A DNA stretch of 40,388 nt from Dimargaris cristalligena (taxonomy: Eukaryota): assembly GCA_003614675.1 (NCBI GenBank), contig ML002339.1:1-40388 (forward strand), given 5' to 3'. Below, one piece after another: positions 1 through 11,200 of the stretch. Numbering within the stretch: the first letter of the stretch is position 1; each line of letters starts with the position of its first letter. The notes under the pieces are model-generated. The model ran no database searches. It was not told the DNA's origin and worked only from the letters and a program-made list of their open reading frames with translations. The position numbers and the translations under genes are program-made.

Positions 1-191
1 TTGAAGTGCGCAGCGGGATAAAATAATCCAGGAGACTACCCATAGTGTGTGGTCCAAGCCTCGTGGTGTACAGGCTAGCTCTGGTTGGCGTATATTTCCG
101 TTGGTAGGCGTGTATTTTGAGGTGTCACAAATATAAAATGGCCTTTTTAGTATTTGCACATACTAAAGTAAGCCTCTCCCCCTCACCTCAC

Positions 192-338
192 CTCTTGGCT
201 GGCGGTAGCTGTAAGCGTGTCCTGTCGATTCCAGAATCAGGCTCAGTGGAAGTGGATCGTACTTTAGGGCGGCCCTTACTACTTACCTCGGGGTAATGAG
301 AGCTCGTCATCGCCCCCATTGTTCTCGTAGTCGCTCAT
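192..338 (-). CDS. NCB2: 5' part (exon 1 = 338..287; probable micro-exon 2 = 208..192) of a negative cofactor 2 beta / Dr1-like histone-fold protein; the gene continues off the left edge
   Basis: Not in the ORF track. The minus-strand ATG at 338 reads MSDYENNGGDDELSLPR-G, followed by a canonical GTAAGT donor (286..281). The 78-nt intron has a CTGAT branch-like site and ends TACAG at 209. The spliced product is ...DDELSLPRATASQE, followed by a GTGAGG donor. An acidic N-terminus plus D(E/D)LSLP(K/R)AT matches my recollection of fungal Ncb2/Dr1 N-termini. Another H2B-like histone-fold protein (NF-YB or Dpb4 class) cannot be excluded from ~23 residues. Confidence 0.7.
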
Positions 339-539
339 GGTACTGATTCGAGTGTGAGAATAGGGGGAAAAGGGCGGTTTAACGAACAAGAGCGTACACA
401 AAGTAGGGATCAGTTACAACAGGTAAGGTGGGGGGAGTCTAATAAAAAGGGCCAAGCAGGGGGATTAGAGCAAGGATAGCAATAGAAAAGTCACAAAGAC
501 GAGCGGGTACAGCAGGTGAGGGGGGGAGGGGGGCGAAAC

Positions 540-640
540 CGGTGGCTTAAGTATAACCAAGGCGACGGGAAGGCCAGTCCTTTTTATAGATTTGGCCATA
601 AGACCACTCAATGTGTCTATGCATTCCAATCCCATCTTTC
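540..640. promoter_or_regulatory. Probable bidirectional promoter between the NC2-beta-like gene (-) and SGF73 (+)
   Basis: The plus strand is purine-rich at ~340-570 and turns pyrimidine-rich from ~620, so each outgoing transcript begins C/T-rich. There is a minus-strand TATAAAAA at 588..581. Both presumed leaders lack upstream AUGs: no CAT in 339-596 and no ATG in 622-1442. Confidence 0.55.
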
Positions 641-1442
641 CCGACTCTTTCCCATTCCACCATTCCGGTTCGTCCCGTTCGACATTTCGACTAATTCTTC
701 CCTTGTCCGGCCTTCACTGTCCGAACGACTCCCTTCCTCTCCATCGAGTCAACTGGTCCCATCCATCTCATTTATTACCCAAACCATCCTTAATTGCCTT
801 CGAGACGCGATTTTTAGGAAAGTATCCGTTCGAGTCCCGTCTATTTAGGTTATTATATTAGGAGGTGTTGTTACGGTTGCCTTTAAGGAAACAGGGTTGC
901 TTTCCCGGGTTCATTCGACGTGTCGGTTTATAGTAGTTTAATTCGGTTCGGTCCCTGGAAGTTGTCAATCGTTCGGATTGTCTCGACGCGTATTCGACGG
1001 GCATCTCTACCCCCTACTAAACACACTTTATCAGTGGTTGTACGGGCGGTCTCAGGTATCCTTTACCACCTTTCCTTCTGGTGCGTTTCCATTAACGGGT
1101 TAGTCGCGCGACTCCCTGCCGGCCTTTTGAACCGGACTCACCTGCGTATAGAGGAGTTCCTTATTGATAGTAAAACCCGCTTTGCCTGGATAAGATATAC
1201 ATTTTCGCGTCTCTCTTCGTTTCCGGCTCTAAATTATTACTTCCTCGACCTATTCTCCCGGCCAACACACCTACCTATCCGGCCGTTTTGACGGCTCTTA
1301 ATAATAGGCAATAATACGCTCTCTACCACCATTAGACCGTATAAAACGGCACTTTTGCCCCCCGCCCCTGAGTGCAGGTTTCGCCTTACCCTCGCCACCA
1401 GTATAGCCCCACGGGGTTGTTTATAGTCTACCAACCGCAGCC
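622..1442 (+). other. Inferred long AUG-free 5' leader of SGF73
   Basis: There is no ATG on the plus strand between 622 and 1442, whereas CAT occurs repeatedly. The first ATG (1443) is in GCAGCCATG context and in frame with the spliced CDS. Confidence 0.5.
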
Positions 1443-4011
1443 ATGTTTTTCGACACGAAAAACAGCGCCAGTCTCTCTCTCACTGAAGACGAAAACCTCC
1501 TAATCCAGGAGTCCATGAGCGATTTGCAAATGCCGAATAATGGTAAGACCCCCCAGTACACTCCTTGTTTATATATGTATATTCTACTTGAGCCCCAATT
1601 ATCGGAAAGCCACAGTCTATTTTTTTTTAAAAAATTGATTAATCAAAATTACCCTCTGGGACCTCACTAAACAAATCATATCCTAAATAGATGGAGCCAA
1701 TTCAATAGTACTGACCACTCTCTCTCTCCCACTCTCAATGTAATTTATTTTTCTAGTGGAAGTCGGCTCACCGACAACCCGAGCCGTTTTTACCGATGCC
1801 AGCGACTGGAATGGTCTTGATAATGCGACAGTGTCCGCCCACCCCACAGCCAACTCTACTGCATCACCCGAAGACGAAGCCAAACGGCCCGCTACATATA
1901 AGGACCTCGAGCGGTTATTTCGTGAAGGTGAGTGCTCACTAATGTCGTATTTTGGTTCACATAGCCTTGGAGTCCCGCCTCGGCCAGAAAATACAACACT
2001 ATGCAAAGGGTGGCGCTAGTTTACCTGATTTCATAATGTTTGTTAGATGATCACTGCCCTTGTTTAATTATCCCTACAACGGTCGGCTCTTATCTGGTGT
2101 AGTCATGCCCACATATTTATATCCAGTGGCTTCAAGGAAACTGCGTAGTTACCTCGCTAACTATATATTCGGCTTAATTATATATGACCCTGTCCAAATT
2201 GCGGTTTTAAATGATACGAAATCTTTTTATTTACCCCATATAGCCGATTCCATCGACCAATGGTCTCCCCTTCGACCCGATCCTGCCAACCGCAAGTCCG
2301 TTACCCGCACCATTAACTCAAACTATCTAGAACAATTCGGCACTCAGCCACTGGAGGAAGAGACAGCAGTAGTTCACTGCGAATACTGCAACAAGGCCCT
2401 TTCTAAAAAATTCCTGCCTCGCCATATCGCCAAGACCTGTAGGAAAGTTGACCGTAGCCACAGTACTACGGCAGCATCATCACAGTCCACCGTCGTTGCC
2501 TCCGGATCCCAGCCAAGCGCGGCTTCATTATTACCAGCCCCCTCGACCGAACCCGGTCTAATTCTCGGGGAGGAAGAACTTCTCCATTCGGGTAGCATCA
2601 CCACCTTGAGCGGCCAGGTGCCCACTATAGTCACCAATGGCAAGGGCAAAACAACGGGGCTCAAGACCGGGGAACCTAAACCCAAAAATAAACCCCGCAA
2701 AATGACCAAAGCCCAAGAAAAGAAGGCCCAGAAATTGGCCGAGTCCGCCGCCTCAACGAATTCGACTGAAGAGACGCTAGCAAATACATCGGAAGTGTTA
2801 GGTAGGGCCATTTGCAAAATCTATTTTTATATACTTGGACTTAACGACCTCACTAATGATGGGGTTTGAAATATGTATACGTTTACAAGTCAACTGGTTC
2901 ACCAGCTCTCGTGGATGTTCTTATTGCTTCAGGATCCCAACTCCACCGTACCCCTCCTGCCCTTCCCAGTTTTGACCTTAATCTAACTATTGGTTATGTT
3001 CAAACTGTGGTCTAATTCTTACCCTGGTTCTTTTACGGGCATCCAGGAAAGCGCTCGATTGCGGAAATGTCCCAATACGATGATGTACCCGGGACACCTG
3101 CCCCCGAAAGCAGTGCCATGCCGTCCCCAACTCCCAGTGCAGTCAGCACGGCCGCTCCTCCCGAACCGAAAAAGCGCCAAACCAAAAAGAAGCTTGCCAA
3201 TAAAACCCCCACGCTGCCCAAACCCAATAATCGGGTCAAAGGGCCCATCGACTTGGACAAACAGTGTGGTGTCATGGGTCCCAATGGGCAACCATGTGCC
3301 CGGTCACTGACCTGTAAAACGCACTCTATGGGGGCAAAACGGGCGGTGCTGGGACGGTCCCAATTATATGATTTGCTACTCAAGGCTCATCTGGCGAAAT
3401 CGCGAAGTAAGTGGTGTTATTTTATATTTCTGGCTTGGTTGCTGTTCCAATAGCCATCTTAGAAACAGAACACTTGTAATAGGAATGTCTATTGTTTCAG
3501 AAGTTATGAGCAAATATGAACCCAGTTTTTTAATGCCTGTCCCGGCCAGATCAAAGTATTTTATGGATTTGCTTCCTAAGCTTAGTAGTGACCATGGCCA
3601 CATGGACTTCTAGGATAATATCCATCGCCGGACCAATGATCTTTTTATTCTTATTTTTGTGAGGTTTGCGGTGCCAATGTATTAACTGGTTTGCTTTATA
3701 ATTCCGGCAATCTACTCATTCTAGGTGCGGCTGCGGCGGCGAAGCATGCGTCTGATCAGGCCAATGGGAAGGGGGCTGACGGAAAGTCACTGGGCAGTGG
3801 GCTAACGGAACAGGAGGAGGAGGAGGAACGGGCCATGTCATCGGACGAGGAAGTGGACTTGATCCTCCGGGCCTTACAGTACAACCGGCCCCAGCCGCTG
3901 GCGGTCCGGGTAGCCCCGCTAGTGCGGCGTCGCCACCACTATTTGCGGATTCGGGATGTTTTTTTGGACGCCCTACAAATGACCAATGGGCCTCAGGTAT
4001 TGAACGAGTGA
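1443..4011 (+). CDS. SGF73: SAGA deubiquitination-module subunit Sgf73 / ataxin-7 homolog; predicted exons 1443-1542, 1757-1927, 2244-2801, 3047-3406, 3725-4011 (~491 aa; alternative in-frame ATG at 1515)
   Basis: The exons join in frame through GT..AG introns: GTAAGA 1543..TAG 1756, GTGAGT 1928..TAG 2243, GTAGGG 2802..CAG 3046 (CTAAT at 3012) and GTAAGT 3407..TAG 3724. Exon 3 encodes FGTQP...CEYC-x11-H-x4-C, the Sgf73 N-terminal zinc finger. Exon 4 encodes the SCA7 domain [45 protein letters not shown]. Exon 5 has the fungal Sgf73-type SDEEVD...RPQPLA motif. Confidence 0.92.
2378..2440 (+). other. Sgf73 N-terminal C2HC zinc finger (within exon 3)
   Basis: Translates to [21 protein letters not shown], preceded by [14 protein letters not shown]. 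Confidence 0.8.
3238..3381 (+). other. SCA7 zinc-binding domain (within exon 4)
   Basis: Translates to [48 protein letters not shown], the C-C-C-H SCA7 signature. Confidence 0.92.
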
Positions 4012-5221
4012 CAACTATACATCGACTGAATCTAATTGACTTTTAAGCCGTTTAGATCTCAAATGGTTAGACAAATTACTCAATATCTGCCCCCCCTCTC
4101 CTTTCACTTATCACCCTTATTTTTTGTTTCGAAGCTCCGCCCTTCTCATGTTGCAAATACACACTTTACTTGAGTCGGGTTGTTAAATCCCTCGGAACAT
4201 CCAATTGTACGGTATATTTCAAATTCTGTATGTTCCTTCAATTATTTCCTTATAATATTACCATAGCTGTCCTACCAGCAGTGTTATTCGCCGCTATTTT
4301 ATAGCCCCCTAATGACTCTTTCCCGGATTACGCATTATTTAACATATCCCACTCCACCGCTCGCCAACCGATCAATTGTAAATGATGTTTCTTGTTGTTT
4401 TTTTCTAAAAAAAATATATATATTTTGTACGATCGCTGGCGAAGTTACTCCGGTTTCCATTTCATTTTATTTTATGTTTCTCAATCTACCCATATCTTCG
4501 TCTGACTTTACTGTTGAACTTATAAAGCTGTTCCTACATTTCCAATGTGCTTTACTATTGCCGAATAGTAGTTTGCCATTATTGCTAGAGGGTTTACGAG
4601 AAAATGGGCGGGGCTATTGAGTGGATTTGCTGGGAGAATAGGCATTCCATTTTATCACCTACCCCATAACAAGACGATATCCGATCACATCCACACCCAT
4701 CGAATATAGCCTATAACTAATGCTGTATTCCAGTATGGTCTAACATTCCATGCACGGACAGATAAGGCCATACTAAATAATCCATGTGCACTGTCTTGGC
4801 CTATAGCAAAATATCAAGCTCCAGATCGTTGATTATTGCACGCTAGGGAAAAGTATTGGTCGTAATTGGAACAGTCTTAGCCGGTGTATGTTTTCATTGA
4901 TACCTCGGCGAGGAACCCCCTCCCAAAACCAACCACGACGAGTAGTTTAGGTGTGGTTTCTCCCCTTACCCTCGTTTTAGATGCCTATAGAGGAGAATGT
5001 CTTTTTTAAATACGGCATCGATAGCACTATCGCATTACCATCGCCCCTATTCCTACCTCGGATCGCCCCTGTGCCAAGATATGGGGGGCCGAGGCCAGTT
5101 TTAATGCGTCATGAGGGGCCCTAATCAACTACCCCTTATCAACCGGTTTCCCTGGCTAGCCTCCCATTCTGATACTCGTGTTTGCTTTTACATACATCTA
5201 TTCATATCTACATACATACCT

Positions 5222-5237
5222 ACACACACACACACAC
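5222..5237. repeat. (AC)n microsatellite
   Basis: ACACACACACACACAC run following a degenerate CATA/CATC low-complexity tract. Confidence 0.85.
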
Positions 5238-8200
5238 AAATGAACGACCCTTAGAAACGGGGTGCTAGGATCAGGGATAGGTCACCACTACCACCACCCC
5301 ATCATCCGAGTCACTAGTATCTCTACCACGAGCTATTCCACCCTCCCCAACTGATAACCGACCTATCCTAGACACTCTATAATGGGGGTTCCGAGTAATA
5401 CGGTTAGGCCCCAACCCCTGGAGAAATGGCGGATCCAATCCATAATGGTGCAACGTTTCGCACTACGTAATAGTGATTTGCTATATCCTTCAGTCACTTA
5501 CTATGCTATATAGGCAGTGTTCGGCAGATGGTTCGTTCCGCCACCTCAGCATCTTCATATTTCATTAAGTAAGCCTACAGAGCAGGCACTGATGCCCTCC
5601 CACTAGGCTAATCCTCTCCCTTCTCCTGAAAACCATTACAAGAGAGAATACAAGAAAAAGAGACAGTAAGGATCAAGCACACTGACGAGCCCCACAGCAC
5701 ATAATGAGAACAGTGGTGGTCCAAGAGGAGCTGGAGGTCGCTTTCATTTAGCTTTTCTCACGATCAGCCCAAGTCTTATATTAGCGTATCCAGGTTATCT
5801 TTGGAAATGACTAAAATAATAAGATGTAAATGGGGCCGGGTCGCTCTTATAATAATAATAATAATATATAAAAAAACAGGATTGCCTGGTTACGAGTAAC
5901 ACTGGTTCAGCGTAATGGAATTCCAGAAGTATTAATAATCCACACTATCCGGAAACTCGTCGATTTGGTCACAAGAAGGGGAAGGATTAGCCAGGTGTAC
6001 TCTAACGCCGAAGGAAACGGCGGTTTTACTGTAAATCGGACAGTGGCCCACCAACCCGCACATATCCCCCGCACTTGCCAATCTCTCTCTCTTTTTCTCT
6101 CTCTCTCCAACCCACCAGGCTGGCTGGCCACAAAAAATACAATACACCCTCACATTCTCCATATTCCCGCGCACCCTCCAGTACCCAAGGTTCATGTAGT
6201 GAGATGACTGATGTCCATCACACCCCCTTTATATTACCGTTGTAGTGGTACGGCGTCGAAATACATTGTAAAATCATCTACCCGTGACACACACATGGAC
6301 AGAAATGGGTGTGGACTAATCCCACCTCTGGTGGTGTAGGGCCGGACCCCCCCCCTGGTGTGTGGTGTGGCCATCGCTGTGCGACTAGGTAAGACTGTAG
6401 ACCACCGCTCACCAAGGGCGAAGGGGAGTGGGGGGTCTACTCCCGGATATGAAAATGTATGTAGCGCCAGTGCATGGCACGGCCCACCCCCCTCCCACCC
6501 GTCGCGTTAGTGGGCCTCGGCGTCTATCCAATAGACCATTTCTTCCGCTCGCACGTTCTAGGCTACGGGTCCGTTGGATAATATGGCCCATCCCCATTTA
6601 TCCCTCAACCTCCGTGGAATTAGTTATAGATACCATCCGTACATGTAGGTGTGCACGTTTGTGGAGTGAACGGGTGGAGGAGGATAGCATTATGGTGGGA
6701 TTTCAACTCCCCCCCCATATTTCGGACCAGCTGCTCATATACAACCTGGTTCAGTCCCATACTCAAAATAATAATAAAATGGTATCCAATTTCGTAAACT
6801 TGCTCTCAGCCTATTGAAGGCCCGGTCACCCACGGATATTACATTCCCAGGGAGGCCTAATAATCCGCCGATTTGGAACGCGGGTTTGCCAGGAATCCCA
6901 ATTGGTGCCTCTTCACCTGTAATACAGGTAGTATTGCAAAGAAGGATCGGGCAGGTAGGCGTCCCTTTTCTTACCATCTAACTTTGTAGCCATGTTAACT
7001 GACTGTTTGATGACCAGGTCTTGTCCCATAGGAGCTCAATATAGTAGGTAAGCGGTTAAAGTTAACACTGCTGTCTATTCCAGAATCAGACCTCCACTTG
7101 GTGCATCTTCCCCCATGCCTACTTATGGTTTATTGTGCTTGATCCAACCATGAATAATAGAATATTAATAAAGTGATATCCCACTGACGGTCAGTGTTGG
7201 ACTTGGACCCGGGTTCGGATTTGGCCACTTGTCCAGCCCATTGTAAGTCAGTACAATGCTCGTGAGGTATATTGACCAACCTCCCCGTGCCCGCTTATGA
7301 CCTGGTCGAGCACGCGACTCTGTAAATAGGTTGGCTGGTGAATGGACAGAAAGTAGAGCTGGGCCATGTAGATTTTTTTTACGCCGTAGCACCGACTTAC
7401 TCGGTGGTGGCCAGAATTCCCGAGCTAGGCTGGCCTGGTGGTAAGTAATATACACAAATCCAGTTCGGGCCATGCCCAACTCCCCCTCCCCTCCCATCCC
7501 TTTCACCGGACCTCCACTCGTACGGTATGAATCAATTCAATGATTTATTTTCCCAGGCTTTATCGCCGTCTCCGTAGTATGTCAACAGTCCGTTTTTACG
7601 GCTGACCACTCTTTCCCATTTATAGATTCCAGCGCGTTTTGTTGGTGGATCTTAAATAGAGTTAAGAGTTGACGGTAAATCTTCTATACATTTATGAAAC
7701 ATGGGTCCAAAATGGGACAGAGCCATCTTTTTCTTCTTAAGCGGCTCTACAGTGGGGCGGTGGGGGGAAGGTGTGTGTGTGTGTGCGTGTGTGTGGATAG
7801 GCATCGTGTGGTTTATTCGCGGTTTATTAGCTGATTTGCCCAGCGGTTTCTCGAAATAGTTTTATCTGTCCATCCCCCCGACTTACACCAGTATTACTAC
7901 TCCAATTTCCACCCCCTGTTGCAGTGACGCATCGCTTTGTTGCGCTTGGACAATCGTTGATCTGGCCGCTAGCCTTGTAGTTGGGTGGCTCGTCTTGCCT
8001 GGATGTATATCATCAGGTCACTTTACCACTCACTCACTCCTCCTCTTATCAGGCCGGTCCAAATAATAATGGGAGTAACACCATCCCTTGGCTTATCAGG
8101 TTAATCATAACGGACGGTTCGTACCCCGTGCGAAAGTTACGACATCTTCTCACTTGGGCAAAAGGTGAGGATTATTAATCGTGCCATGGTCAGGTTGGTC

Positions 8201-11200
8201 CAGTAATTACGCGTGCATGCGTTTTGGAATCCCCCCCTTGCTGGCTATCAATCACTGTTCTAGTAACTGGGGTTACACTCGAATATAGAGCACCTAGACT
8301 AAATGGAATCCACATCAATCAACGCCACTGACTCAGCCGGGCTCCGCGAATACCTCGATCACACCAAATCCTGGTCGCATCCGGGTCAATAACGACAAGA
8401 TAATATACCCCTTATCCACGGCTTTCTTCCCAAGGGCCCTTTATCCCAACACCCCACCCCATTGACCACATCCCCATAAAGGTCCTTTAGATTCAATATA
8501 ACCAAAAGAGTCGCTATTAGTCCCCGAGAGCAGGTGACGCAGACCCCGCATCCCTACTAGGTCGCAACGAGACGTCCAACTTTAAGGGGCTCCTTTGTTT
8601 TTCATTATATCAGTAGTATATTCTTTCATTTGTATCCCCCAAAACGGACGCTGGAGGGGATTATGAATTTCCAGTTCCCTCCACCATGCACCGATTTTCG
8701 ATGGCTGGTTTAGAGGGGCCTGTGCTGACGTGGGAACCTACCGTTTGGTTGACCCGTTTTCGACTCGGTCGTATGGGCACCTCGGGTCAGTGAAGGTGTA
8801 TTAACGGTGGCTACCTCTCATCCCGAAGATTCAATTTAGACAATAATGGCCCATAGGCTCAAACAATAACCATCCATCGCCATGACGGTGTCCTTCTCCC
8901 CCCTGACCTATATTGGAAATAGGGGTTTTCCTTACCTTACCTTCCCTTGCTGACTGCACGTTTACGGTGCCGGTGCGAGGGTTTGGGTACATCCGAACCT
9001 CGGAAGACAGAACCAATCAAATGGACACGCTTCTCATGGTACCGCCTTATTACTTTAACATTCGTAAATTACCCTTATCTGTAATTTCCCGAAATGCATT
9101 CGGAGAGGGGTGGAGGAGGAGAAATCACCCCAATGATATCCCATCATCGGGAATACGGACTATACTGCTACTTGACCTCACCAACCCCTAATGTCCCCGG
9201 AATAAAGCGGGAATGGACTAGCCCCCCTCCTTCACTACTTGGCAGTATCACTTACAGCAACAGCAGCGGCCAAATAGCCCCCTCCCCTCTTCCCCGATAC
9301 ACACACACACACACATCTAATTTGCGATATTCCTCCCGTTTGCCTTAGCTTCCTTGAAAATTAGTCAGGCCAGTCAACATGGGCCATCCGACCCGACCAA
9401 TCTAGCTAAAAAAAGTGACTGTGCCTGAAAAGCCCGGGCGGGCAGCTTTCCTATTTTTTCTTTTTATTTACTGTGAGTCAAGCCTGGGAAAACAACGCCC
9501 ACTCCACCCCCATCCTGGGGTGAATGTGGGTGTATGGGGGAGTGTAATGACTGTACCTAACAAAGAATGGGTCGATTGGTTGTTGTTTTTTCGCTTCCGA
9601 GCGACCTACTACTATTGTATGGCTTGGTCACAGAGTAGGGTAGATTCACCAAATACGAGGCCAAGTGAATGGAGAGAGAGAGAAGTGCAAACTACATACC
9701 CCAATACATTTAACCAACACGTAGTTTGCCTTCCATTTAGCCCACAGTAAGATCGGCCAGACTTTATTTTCTGCTTGATTTCGGGTGACCAAACTCTTGC
9801 CGCAACCCAGTGACCAGTGGTTAAACCTGGGAAATGGCCATCGAGTAACAATGTCTTAAGGCTGACCTGGTAATAACAATATGACTACGGGTCTCGAACG
9901 AGAGTGACCATGTGCGGGTGATTGCTTAACTATAAATTCGTGAGAATACGTGTGTAGGTGTGTGTAGTGGTGCATGCTGGCGGTAGAACGGGGCCATTCA
10001 TATTTAGCCGGGGCCACACACCCCAGGGTATTGGTGGGTGGCGTATTCAACCCCCTCCCCTACTTTTACCCCGCCCATTAACCAAGGCACAGACGTGGAG
10101 TCCTTGCCTAACATTCAGTAGTGGGCTGCAGGTGTAGAGGGGTGGGCGGGGATTAGCCAGTAGTAGACTGTACACCTATCCGGAACCCAATCTTGGGACT
10201 TGTTCCCATACTTCGCATGGTATGGCAATGGGGGGGTTCACTTTAGAGGAGTACTGGCCATGGTGGATCGGGCTATTCGAGTAAGGTCTTGGGGGGTGGG
10301 GGTCAAACCAAACTGTACTTGTTCTAAATACTCGACAGCCCCATTGCCCAGGCAGGATCAACTATTGTTAACTGGGAAGTCGCTGTCTAGTCATAGAAAC
10401 CCCAGTGCTGATGTTTACTTCACCTAGGTTGCTGCACTGCCCGATGGGTAAAAATGGGCCAAGTAAATGTGAATGTACATCTATATAGATGTATGTATAT
10501 AGATGTGTGTGCCGGTATACGGACAAGTCAGTTGAATCCTTTGGTCGAAGGCAGATCTATATTTTGCACATTAGCATAGATATTTATTTTTGATATTTAA
10601 CACCTACCTCATTGTTGGGCCTATTGGCATCCCGTGCCGGGATCCGGTGGTGTTAATACTGCGTTAACCACCGCCCGGGTCACCAGACGCTTGCATTTCC
10701 ATCTCCCGGCTGGGTCGCCATCCCAACTAGTTGTTAAAAAGGCCTTGGAATTACATAATCAAGCCATACGTAGACAGGACACAGTACCCAGCCCACTCCG
10801 CTAATGACAATATCCGGGTAGCCGATTTGCCCAAGTGTCCGGGGAAAGGCACCCCCGGTAGAGCCATAGTGTTCATAAGAAATGATATCTAGAGAAAGTC
10901 AGTTGATTGGCCAAGGAGTTCAAAACAGTAATTGCCGAGTGGGTTTTCCTAGTACCGATGGGCAATGGCATTATCGATTACCATACATGGCAGACTGTAG
11001 GATTGTTGTCCAGCGGCATATCGGTGGCATTCTACCATCAACCATAGGTAATTTTAGGGGAAAATCTTTTGGATTTCCCAGACCCCTCTCCCCTGGAGTC
11101 TACACCTGTGGTGAAAGGGGGTGGTATATCGCATCTGCCCCACCCCTGTTGGCCAGCCTTGAATAACTTACACAATGCTGCACAAACTGTAACATTTGGT

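Noticed and set aside
2374-3383. Minus-strand ORFs 2374-2817, 3019-3291, 3033-3383 and plus ORF 2990-3310
   Set aside because: These are shadow or alternative frames of SGF73 exons and show no independent motifs.
7071-7090. Near-identity CTGTCTATTCCAGAATCAG with 222-240 (CTGTCGATTCCAGAATCAG)
   Set aside because: Only ~19 nt with a mismatch and no flanking similarity, too little to call a repeat family.
10476-10493. 18-bp perfect palindrome TACATCTATATAGATGTA, plus a small hairpin at ~10645-10673
   Set aside because: Low-complexity context, with no TIR/TSD structure or associated feature.
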